A stretch of 63,996 bases of DNA, the filler included, from Basidiobolus ranarum (taxonomy: Eukaryota), in NCBI GenBank assembly GCA_040143965.1. It is 5 parts of 5 records of this genome, joined end to end, with 100 filler letters (N's around TTAATTAATTAA, not from the genome) between each part and the next. Parts side by side here need not be neighbours in the genome. Positions count along the whole stretch, not along the records: positions 53,287 to 63,996 come from JASJQH010000674.1; 4 more parts are not named here. One strand, 5' to 3'. Under the pieces are notes generated by a model that saw only the letters and a program-made list of their open reading frames with translations, did not search any database and was not told the DNA's origin. Positions 54,719 through 63,996 of this stretch are shown piece by piece (the stretch's first letter is position 1; each line of letters begins with the position of its first letter). Made by a program: the position numbers and the translations under genes.

Positions 54719-55489
54719 TCAATTATGAATTGCCGCTAATATCTCCCACGCATTACTCTCCCAAGGCATCACCCCATACGATAATAACGTGCTAACCTCG
54801 TCTTCGGTAAATCCGAAATTCTCAATACGTTCTTCAATCTCGTTATCATACGCAAATTGATTGGTATCGTATTCTTGGTTAGAAAAGCTGTCCATACCTA
54901 CTGGCGGTGGCATAGCCATATATGGCATAGGAATTGGGTACGGAAGAGGGGTAGGAATGCTGGGCCTAGGAATCATAGGATGGTCGTATCTGCATTGATT
55001 TCCAAAACGACAGCTTCCCTGTAACCAATACCGGCAAATGGGAATAGAAATCGGTCTATTTAATATCAGCTCAGGATGGCCCTGGTCTAAACCTTGGTGC
55101 GAAAACCTGCACTTGTTACCGAAGCGACAATACCCTTTCATAAAGAAACGGCATGGAGAGGGTGAACCTGAAGCAAGTGAGCTAGGTGAAGTATTTTGTG
55201 ATTGAGATCTTGATAAAATACCGCTTTTAGCTTCGGCTAAAATTTGAAGGATCTCTGGATGAGCGGTATATTCGGAAGCGGTCCCGTTGGCATTTTGTGC
55301 GTTTGGATCGGCACCAGCATGGATCAATACTCGAACACAGTCCAGTTGATTTTCTTTTGCAGCTATCATGAGTGCAGTCAAGCCTTGAGAATCGACAACT
55401 TCGAGATTGCAAGTGGCCTGATCAAGTTCCTGCCTAAGTCTGTCAAGATCTCCTTCTCCTGCTACATAGCATAATGTCGGTTCGTTCAT
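54719..55489 (-). CDS. Ankyrin repeat plus two CCCH zinc-finger protein
   Basis: GLTALMIAA...LIHAGADPN ankyrin; CRFFMKGYCRFGNKCRFSH and CRYWLQGSCRFGNQCRYDH (C-x7-C-x5-C-x3-H); Pro-rich linker. Confidence 0.9.
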   Translation of the reverse strand: MNEPTLCYVAGEGDLDRLRQELDQATCNLEVVDSQGLTALMIAAKENQLDCVRVLIHAGADPNAQNANGTASEYTAHPEILQILAEAKSGILSRSQSQNTSPSSLASGSPSPCRFFMKGYCRFGNKCRFSHQGLDQGHPELILNRPISIPICRYWLQGSCRFGNQCRYDHPMIPRPSIPTPLPYPIPMPYMAMPPPVGMDSFSNQEYDTNQFAYDNEIEERIENFGFTEDEVSTLLSYGVMPWESNAWEILAAIHN

Positions 55490-56445
55490 GGTAGTTTTAA
55501 GGATTAAAGTGAGGCAAAAGACCAGCGCTTAGAATATGAAACTATGAGAAATATGTATACGGAAGCAAAACGGGTGGAGAAAAAGTGCTATAATGAAAAT
55601 ATAGTATGAGGCAAACTTCTATGGAAATTATTAAGCCACACAAAGGGTGATAGATCTCTCCTTAAACTGACTCTGTTTCAAACTGGAATCGTGAGAACTA
55701 GCGTAGAAATAAGTATTCACTCATGAAATAGGATAATTATTTTTGTATTACTTCTCTGACGCAAGCAATTTTGAAACTTGTATCTTCCCTAAGATTGTCT
55801 TGTCAAATCAAGTGCTTCCAATGGATTCCACCAAAATTATGCCAGCCAGCTGGGTGATAAATAGCATCGTCAAGTGTGGCAGTAGCTCTAAATATACCAC
55901 CAATGAGTGACTGGGATCTGGTTCAACAGGCACTAGTGAATATCTAAGCTGATGTAGATTGTTACATTAATACCATATTCATTCTTTCACTACCTTTTTA
56001 TTTAAAGACAGGTGCTGTTATAGTCGGTCTCGCATAGCTTGTAGACAGACCAAGCGACTGAGAATTGTCTCGAATAAAGAGTAAATGAGGTGACAATGCC
56101 ATTTTCGTATGTGATGAGAATATAAACAAGAGCAAATAGGGAGCAGAAATCAACAAGTGCTGTAGATTCGTATGTCCGTATATACATGAAATACAAAATT
56201 GGAAGAAAAAACACAAGTAGGTCAAAGTGGAGCTCACTTCAAAAGTAAACAATGCAATGTATGTATTAGATATCTCTCAGGATGCTTTCAGCCCCAAAAC
56301 TAGGCTGAGCTCCGCAGGAATGGTAGATTATGCTGAGCTTCACAGGGAAGCTAGGGCAGAATACAACCAAGCTAGATATTTCGTATTATCGCTAGTTTTT
56401 AACAACAATGGTTGCAGGAACAGGTTAGATGGGCTCGTGTATTAG

Positions 56446-57051
56446 CTACCAGACTTGATACGAATCCCGAAGAAATTTTCGAGTGGGTGAATTACACTCG
56501 AATTTACTGCCTAATTTTAGGCGACCAAGTTTCCAAGATCCATCCTTAACGGGCTTGGGTACGACAATGGAGGTTTTTAGTATTGGCTCAGTGGCAGAAT
56601 AGCGAGGCAGCTCGTGGTCATGTAAACTTGCAGAATATCCCTCTTCAGCATCCATGATGTTCATGATTTCTTCTGCTCGTTTTTCAGAAATGCCATCAGA
56701 GGCGGTATCGGTGTATCCATTCGGAGAGTTTCTTATGACCGGTTCGGGAGAAACTCTATGCTTCTGTTTCTGTAGAACAAGATAGACTAGAGCGATAAAA
56801 GCCAAAATAAATACTGTACTACCCAAGTATGCACCTAGCAGCAGAGATGAAATACCCTCTTGAGAATAGGAATAAGATGGATCAATATCCACTCTTGTTT
56901 CACGCGGCGATATTGGAGTTGACTGCGTAGGACTGATAGCTATGGAGATAGGGATAATGGCTCTCTTGGATGATGCCTTTACAGCTAAATGAAACAGTCC
57001 TACGATATAGGCTCTTGACAGTAACTTTGGTAGCCCAACATTTTGCCTCAT
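56446..57051 (-). CDS. Uncharacterised single-pass membrane protein
   Basis: 201-aa ORF with N-terminal hydrophobic segment, TM LLLGAYLGSTVFILAFIALVYLVL followed by basic residues, and cytosolic LPRY. Confidence 0.7.
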   Translation of the reverse strand: MRQNVGLPKLLSRAYIVGLFHLAVKASSKRAIIPISIAISPTQSTPISPRETRVDIDPSYSYSQEGISSLLLGAYLGSTVFILAFIALVYLVLQKQKHRVSPEPVIRNSPNGYTDTASDGISEKRAEEIMNIMDAEEGYSASLHDHELPRYSATEPILKTSIVVPKPVKDGSWKLGRLKLGSKFECNSPTRKFLRDSYQVW

Positions 57052-58995
57052 TACTATTGAATTCGTTCAGCAGTCGATAAAAAGTGAGCGGATATGTACT
57101 AACAACCAGAGGGCATACAACATCTAAGGAACTTAAATAGAACCGATAAGTGCAGAATAACGCAAGTGAGTAGAAGAATACATTAGTTTAGTATTAAGTT
57201 AAATGGGTAATTTATTTCCGAATTTGTAAAGTTTTCACTCAAATGACATTTTTGAGAGCCCGCATACTTATGCATAAAACTTTCATATCAAACTACTAGT
57301 AAATTTCTATCGATTCTCAACGGAATACAATGAATTTCAAAGGGGAATAGGACTTAAGGAGTAAAAGAATTTCCCAATATTTTGTAAATTAAAACAGGAG
57401 AAACCCCTCTTGGTTTTAATTTCATCCCTGTCTTGTACGAACTGTTTTCCCCTTTATAGTATGTTTACTTCTCTAGTATTTTTAACCTTTTCTGCCGCCG
57501 AAGTTATCGTTACAGTATTTGAAATGAAATTAGTCTCACTTATATTTATATGTATATATTGTGCAATCAAGAGAGCATTGATGCATGCATGACGCTATTT
57601 TGTCTTGGTAGCTAACGAAGGTAAAGACAGCATGCAATACCTCGCTTTAGATAATAAGATTTTAATATAGTGCATGTCCAAACGCTTTTCTTATTTGATT
57701 ATATTGGTTGTAATGCTAAAGGATGTTCAACAGCTCAACCATTCCTTTAATGGAACTATATCAAGATTATACAAGTGTGATTCAATATAACACAAATAAC
57801 CAGTATTCCATTTTTCTGAGTCAGTAGTACCTGAATATGTGATATGCGAGCCAGCAACTTGGTTGGTAGAGATGGAATCCTTGTGAGAGTTCATATGTCT
57901 CCTAAAATCAAATCCGTGGGCAATCCAGTTGCAAGGACTACCTACGTATGGTTACCGCTAAACAGTGATCGATCATTCCTTAAAGCCGACCTAGAGTTTT
58001 GTAATCAATTGCTAGCTTGTAGTTCTTTCTCTAAGTACCACAAAGATGACTGCGAGTGGATCACAACAGTTAGAGAATTTGTCGAAAGTGCTGAACATTT
58101 TGAGATAATATCGGTGAGCCTGCTATGATAAACAGTGCATGTTTGAATCAACAAGGATCAAGTGGCTGTCTCTGAGCTCAGATGTGAAATTTGCCTCTGC
58201 ATAAAGAGAAAAGGTTGTATGTCTTGGTACATTTATCTATCTGTGGACTTCGATTGAATATTTACAATGTAAAGCAGATCAATAAGAAATACATCTCGGA
58301 TGCCTAATACCTTTAACTTTTCAACATAAATCTGAATCAATCTCTAATCATCTATACTAAGTTCCCTATGCTGGACGATACAGCACTGCGTCAACCTAGC
58401 ATCTGACTTACGTGATTACTGATGAATTCCTTGCATGTTTTGAAACTGATGCTTCCGAACAATCTGAATATACATGATTAACTTGCCCTCAACTGATATG
58501 AATTCCAAGTGATTTAACCCAATGCCGGTTTGCCCATTGAAGACGAACAAGACTCGAGCTGTACTCACTGTTCAATATTAATTAAAAGGCCTCTACCTCA
58601 TGTATTTGATGCAAGCGCTACAACCAGCACATCACAAATGAAATCATTGTTGAAGCGTTTGAATATTCCAATTTGCAAATATTTTATTGACTACTTGCCG
58701 GATGTTATTGCCATACTAAATCAGCACGGTTTAAATGAAATTCCGGAGTGCGTTTTCCTAGCTTGAATTTGCTAATGATTCAGAAACCGTAAAGCCAAGT
58801 TGTAATGGGGGCGTAATGAAGGATGGGCTCGTCAAAAACGAGAAGACATCATAGATGGTAAGTATAGATCATCACTTTGTAGCTAGAAAGACTTTCTGTT
58901 ATACATATTAATAACGACATGAAAACGAACCGCGACAGAAAGTGTTTTAAGAAGGGCTATCTTGTCAAACCCAGTGTTTTTAGATGGAGTAGGAC

Positions 58996-59832
58996 TTAAA
59001 CCAAACCGTCGTATAAAGAAAGTGCTTGAACAATTGTTGGATCTTGCTTGGATCCTTCCTGGAACTCCTCCATTGATAGTTTACCATCGTTGTTCTACAA
59101 GAATAAAAAAGTAAGAAATCACGCCTCTATTATACCAAAACGCTGTATCGTACCTTATCCATTAGTTTAAAAATCTTCTCTACTCTTTTCTCAGGGGTAT
59201 CTTCATCGTCAGGCAACTTTACCATACTGCCTACCATCTTGTAGATAGCTTCAACAATTCGAAGCATTTCTTCTCGAGTAATAAATCCATCATTGTCGAT
59301 ATCATATAACTGAAAAGCCCCTACAATGCAGTTAGGTTAAAATCTTTGATGAAGAGAGGAATGTGTTGCATCTAAGAATATTACAAAGTAGTTTCTCCTC
59401 AGTTTTTCCTCGAGAGGTGACTGAAAGAGCGCATATGAATTCTTTAAAGTCGATAGTTCCGTTCTTATTTTCGTCAAATACGTTAAATACATACTCGGAA
59501 AATGCTGAAGGGTCACCGAAAGGGAAAAACTGTTTGTATATTTTTTTAAATTCATTTTTGTCAAGATTTCCGGAAGGGCAGTCTTTGATGAAACCTTTGT
59601 ACCTTCAGGGTGAGAAGAATGGTTTAGATTAATCAAAAATAGCGATAAACAGTTATGTGTACCATTGTTGGAGCTCTTTCTTGTCAACTAGATACCAGGA
59701 ATAATGTAGTAAAGTTAGTTTTCGTCATAAAGGCTTAGGAGAAAGTCATTCCATTGGAGGAAACCTACAATATGTACATTTCTGCAATTCACCCAGCTGT
59801 TCAGGGCTTAGTTTACTAGTTTTCTGACCCAT
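58996..59832 (-). CDS. NCS1: Neuronal calcium sensor-1/frequenin
   Basis: Spliced from 5 exons: MGQKTSKLS...|[20 protein letters not shown]...FFPFGDPS...[27 protein letters not shown]...DEDTPEKRV|...[10 protein letters not shown]. Confidence 0.97.
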
Positions 59833-60860
59833 TGTGTTTGTCGTTACCTGAAGAAACCCAAGGAGTTGTATTGAACAAGAAATATGTCTATTCCAATTAT
59901 CTTAAACGGTTGAAGTTTGACTACGTTTCAAGTATCACGTGCTCATAAGTCATCAGGTTGTCTGGCAACCAGATATATTTGGGAATTTTTGCACTAATCA
60001 TATTGAGCGAACTGTAGTGATACCAACACAAGCCTGTATGCCAATAGTTTATTAGTTCATTGGTCAGGAGTGGTTCTGAATATTTACCTCCGTCACTTGG
60101 GTTGACTTTGATGTGCATTGCCTCTACAGCCCTCCAAGCTATACCAAATCAACTTTCTCCGATTAGAATTACTGAGGACCAATGTATAAACATAGGTTTT
60201 GATATTTAAAAGCATACACATTGCACTTATGTTACGAACAGGGAAATAAGCGTCAAGATGCGGCTTATTGCGAGATCAACTGACTCCTCAAATCATACAA
60301 ATAGCCTCGAAATAATATCCTTAGCTTTTAACCGACGCCAATCTTACGTTGTTTAAGAGTAGATATTACGTGAAGGATAATCGCATAATTTCTTGGTAAG
60401 CTCTCGAATCAACCTGGTCTTTAAATTTCTCTTTTTCCAGTGATTATGGTGTAAGAATTTCAATACGGAGAATATCGTCTATCTGAAATCTATAATGTTA
60501 TATCTTGCCCTTTTTAATATCGCCAGGTATAATGCTCTCATGAATCTAATGCATATATGCCAAAGAATATAGCGATTGTTGTGATCCATCCAATAAGGTA
60601 CCCCTCAACTATACCTCTTTCCTACTGTCTACTGTGGAATAAATTTTACAGCTTCACCCGAGTAAAGCGCTGCATTTTTCTCAATCCCAGAGTTTGTATA
60701 TTCAACTCTCTACGTGAGACTGGGCTGAGACTTCAATTCGCCAAAATAGGCAATTTTAGCCACACAACATAGCTATTACTAGGGGGGTTCAAATTTCATA
60801 AATTACTACACAACTCTTGTAGAATGATAGCTAAAATATTCAGTATCCTTTTGAAAGTAA

Positions 60861-62143
60861 ATGTTAGAAGAAACCAAAGCAACAAACTTTGAGCTTCGGG
60901 TTGAATGCCAGTATATGTCTTATTCTGCCGAAGTTTTAATGGGAGAGTTAATTTTCTAATATATATTAAAATAATTTAGGAAACTCCCAAAACTCGATTT
61001 CTTCTCTGAATCGGACCCGGTTGTAATTCTCAGCTTAAAAAAAGATATACGTCAAGCCAAATGGTTGGAATTCGGTAGAACTGAGACTATACAGGATTCT
61101 CCGAACCCTCGATTCGTCAATTCCTTTATCCTGCACGGAGACGAGACACATTTAAGGTTCAAGCTTTGAATTCTACTAAGCTTTCTACTCTCTTCAATCT
61201 AACAAGCGCTTTCTACAGATTTGATGTATTCGATGTTGATAGCGATTCTGATAAGATGGATGACCATGATTACATCGGTTACTTTGAAACAAGTCTTCAA
61301 GATATTTGTATGAATTAGATCCTAATTGCCTTATTATTGCGAATTCTAATCTTTTTGAGCTCAGTGTGGTCAAAAAACAAAACTCTCACCGAAGATTTAA
61401 TTAATCCCGAGAGAAAATCTTCAGGGAGAATTGTATTGATGGTGGATGAAATAGTGAATACTCCGGAAAACATCACGTATGCCATATAACTCTGGTAAAC
61501 GAGTAGTCGGGTAAACTAATTGAAGATTATTTTATAAGTTTCCAGTTTGCTGTTCAGAACATCGAAGCTCAGGTTAGTTTGCTAGGCCTATCGATTCGCT
61601 CCACGCTTGAAACTGATAAGGTTCCCACAGCGGAATGTATTCTTCTTCGAGATTAATCGACCCCGTAAAGGTATTAGGTAACCAATAGATCCCTATCTCT
61701 TCTACACTGGATTAACAGCATACAGATGGACATCTTGTCGTAATATATCGGAGTGCACTTTGCGAGAACTCCAATATAATTTGGGAGCCTTTTACTGGTA
61801 TGCCGTTAGAGATGTTTCATGATATCAACGGGGTGCTTAATCTTTTACAGTTTCTCTAGGAACACTGTCCAACGGAGATTATTATCAGGATTTTGCAATA
61901 CAACTATTCCGCTTTAGCAAGCACGGAGGTAAAGTACATTCAAACCTATGCTATAATCTCTACCCTAAGTCACCTTCTATGTTAGATCATAAATTGATTG
62001 GAACTGCTAAGACATCAGTCATTGAACTTAAGAATAACATTGACGTTACGTCACGTTTTCTTAATATTGTTGGTGAATGGAAAGAAAATGGAATAGAAGA
62101 TATTGGATATTTGTTTGTTAAAGAGTGTCAAATTTCCACTTGA
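60861..62143 (+). CDS. Copine-type tandem C2A-C2B protein lacking a vWA domain, 9 exons
   Basis: Manual splice with all GT-AG introns in phase: MLEETKATNFELRVECQKLPKLDFFSESDP...EFGRTETIQDSPNPRF...LRFDVFDVD...DHDYIG...FFEINR...VIYRS...WEPFTVSLGTLSNGD...DHKLIGTAKTSVIEL...VKECQIST*. Confidence 0.88.
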
Positions 62144-62987
62144 TGACCCCTCGATATTTTGCCTTCGTTCCTACACTATTCATGTGCATTTATTGCTTCG
62201 AGACCCCAACAGTGTTTCTAGAGCATGACCAATCGGCGAATCCTATCTCTTTACCTTTTATGTCAGCAAATTAGCCACTGCAACTACCAATTCAATTAAA
62301 CTTAACAATATTCAACTATTGGTGAGTTGGACATAGTCTTCCACCTTGAACAACATCACTAATCCAAACACATGATATAGCCTTAATTCCATAGAAATAG
62401 TATTAGGTGATTTAAGCATCTTCGTAATTTATGCCAGACTTAATTTCCTAAATACTTTTTGTGGATACTAGCTTTATTTCCCTATGTTGAACTATTGAGC
62501 CGCACGTCTTGCCCTTGGCTGGCATCAGGATCTAGAAATTAAACCTTCTTTCAGAGCTCTAGAAACCTCGCGTCATTTTACTGAATTTCAGCAATTAGAT
62601 GTCTCATGTGTTACATGACCGGTTAAAACCATTTGCGTTCAAGATGAATCTACAGACAAAATTGGCATTAAGATAGCTCTACTCAATTGGTGCTAAATAT
62701 AGCTAAACAACTCTGCACGTCAATTTCAGAATTGGCTGAAATTGATTATGCAATACACCAAACCATTTTCTGTTTGATCAGAACTCCGTATCAGCTTTTA
62801 TTATCGACTTCAAATGATGTAGTACCTCAGATATCACGAGAATAGACATGCTCACGCGTATTCCTGTTAGGCGAGAAAACGTGGATTCCGAAAGACTGCA
62901 GCAACAAACAGGAATTGGAGACAAGCACAGGCAGCTCATTTCATGAAAACACTACGCTAAAGCCGTGGTAAATTGCATAACACCACC

Positions 62988-62995
62988 TATATAAA
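62988..62995 (+). promoter_or_regulatory. TATA box upstream of the micropeptide ORF
   Basis: TATATAAA 80 nt upstream of the ATG at 63068. Confidence 0.4.
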
Positions 62996-63067
62996 TCCAG
63001 TTGCTAACTTAGGACGGGTCATTTTTCCAGGTGAGAGCATTCATTTAAGAATCCTGTCGTGACTACT

Positions 63068-63203
63068 ATGGCCTTCTTTGAGATAATGATGTGTGTCGTT
63101 GCCGTCTGTATGGTAAGTCAATACCGAGACTTCGTGTGAGTAAATGCCTACTGTAACTCACCATCATTAGCTTGTTATGTTTTTGCAGCGTAGAAAGATC
63201 TAA
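63068..63203 (+). CDS. Putative spliced 25-aa single-TM micropeptide MAFFEIMMCVVAVCMLVMFLQRRKI
   Basis: Exon 1 63068-63112; intron 63113-63170 (GTAAGT...CTCAC...TAG, 58 nt); exon 2 63171-63203. Hydrophobic helix plus basic tail. Confidence 0.5.
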
Positions 63204-63996
63204 TCCGTATACTCACCGAAGGATTCAAATTAGACGAGTCACAAATGTCAATTGTTAATAGTATTAATAGTTAAGCCTAATCTCTATTTTTTTCTTGTAT
63301 ATCCAAGAATTTGGTCTGTCATTCACTGTGCAACTCGTTGGATACGTTAATTTAATTTTTATCTCACTCCTTTCGTGATAACTCAGAGGAACCGCCTAAT
63401 AAATGCTCTACATTATGAGCATTGCCAATAGAGCCATATACACTTTGCACTTGGTTTAGCAATGTTTTTCCAAAGCTGGAACCGACGGCGGCTAATTCTA
63501 TCCTATTTTCTCAGTTGTCAGGCACATCACCAAGCCAGTAATTAGTGGCTTAATTGGGAATTGGCCAGTCGTGAAAGGTACGCCTCGGTCGTTTATTGGG
63601 TAAATTACTCCCCAGACTATATTCAGGCACCATTTTAGCTGAAATCATTGGATAGTTCGATGCCTCTATATATCTTTGCAGGTAGTGTTCCTTAATTGAC
63701 CTTGCTTTTCGCCAGGGGTAGTGGGAAGTTGGATCGGAAGAAATCGGATGTTACACATCACATATGGGATTTGAGTTTGGGGTAGAGTAAAAAAGGAAAT
63801 GTAGCAATGAACTTGAGAACTTGGTGCTAGTTTGGGGCGGTACTAAAATATGATTCTTTGATACTGGTTAGTTGCACTGCGAATGAAACACAAAGAAATA
63901 CGGAGCATCATAATTTCCTGATTCAAGACAAATATACGTGTCAAGAAACTTGCCCAACAACTGGAATCAGTGAATTATGAAGTACCTGAAATGGAT

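Overview
AT-rich, intron-rich fungal nuclear DNA (short GT-AG introns, mostly 50-100 nt). Gene content suggests an early-diverging fungus, possibly Zoopagomycota such as Basidiobolus (inference only). The window is five contigs joined by four identical 100-bp N44-TTAATTAATTAA-N44 linkers. About 23 protein-coding genes are supportable: Voa1/Ac45-like, VMA5, eIF3L, LURP/tubby-C-like, GH46 chitosanase, ArAE/FUSC-type transporter (partial), a charged-helix fragment, importin beta-1, ATG22, tyrosinase (partial), two paralogous small GPI-type proteins, MAPK phosphatase, myotubularin, a 7TM-like protein (partial), NADP-ADH (partial), a small mitochondrial-type RRM protein, F-box/LRR, group III G-alpha, STK32-like kinase, ankyrin-CCCH, a single-pass protein, NCS-1 and a copine-type C2-C2 protein. 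There is also a decayed mitochondrial uS2 pseudogene and several possible transposon relics. The most notable observations are missed by the ORF track. These are a 9-exon copine-type C2A-C2B gene that lacks the vWA domain and lies head-to-head with NCS-1, a spliced 25-aa transmembrane micropeptide gene just downstream of it, and a 5-nt microexon in G-alpha. Also notable are an intronless bacterial-type GH46 chitosanase and a tandem pair of small surface proteins sharing an unrecognised amphipathic motif. All calls come from manual reading; no searches were run.
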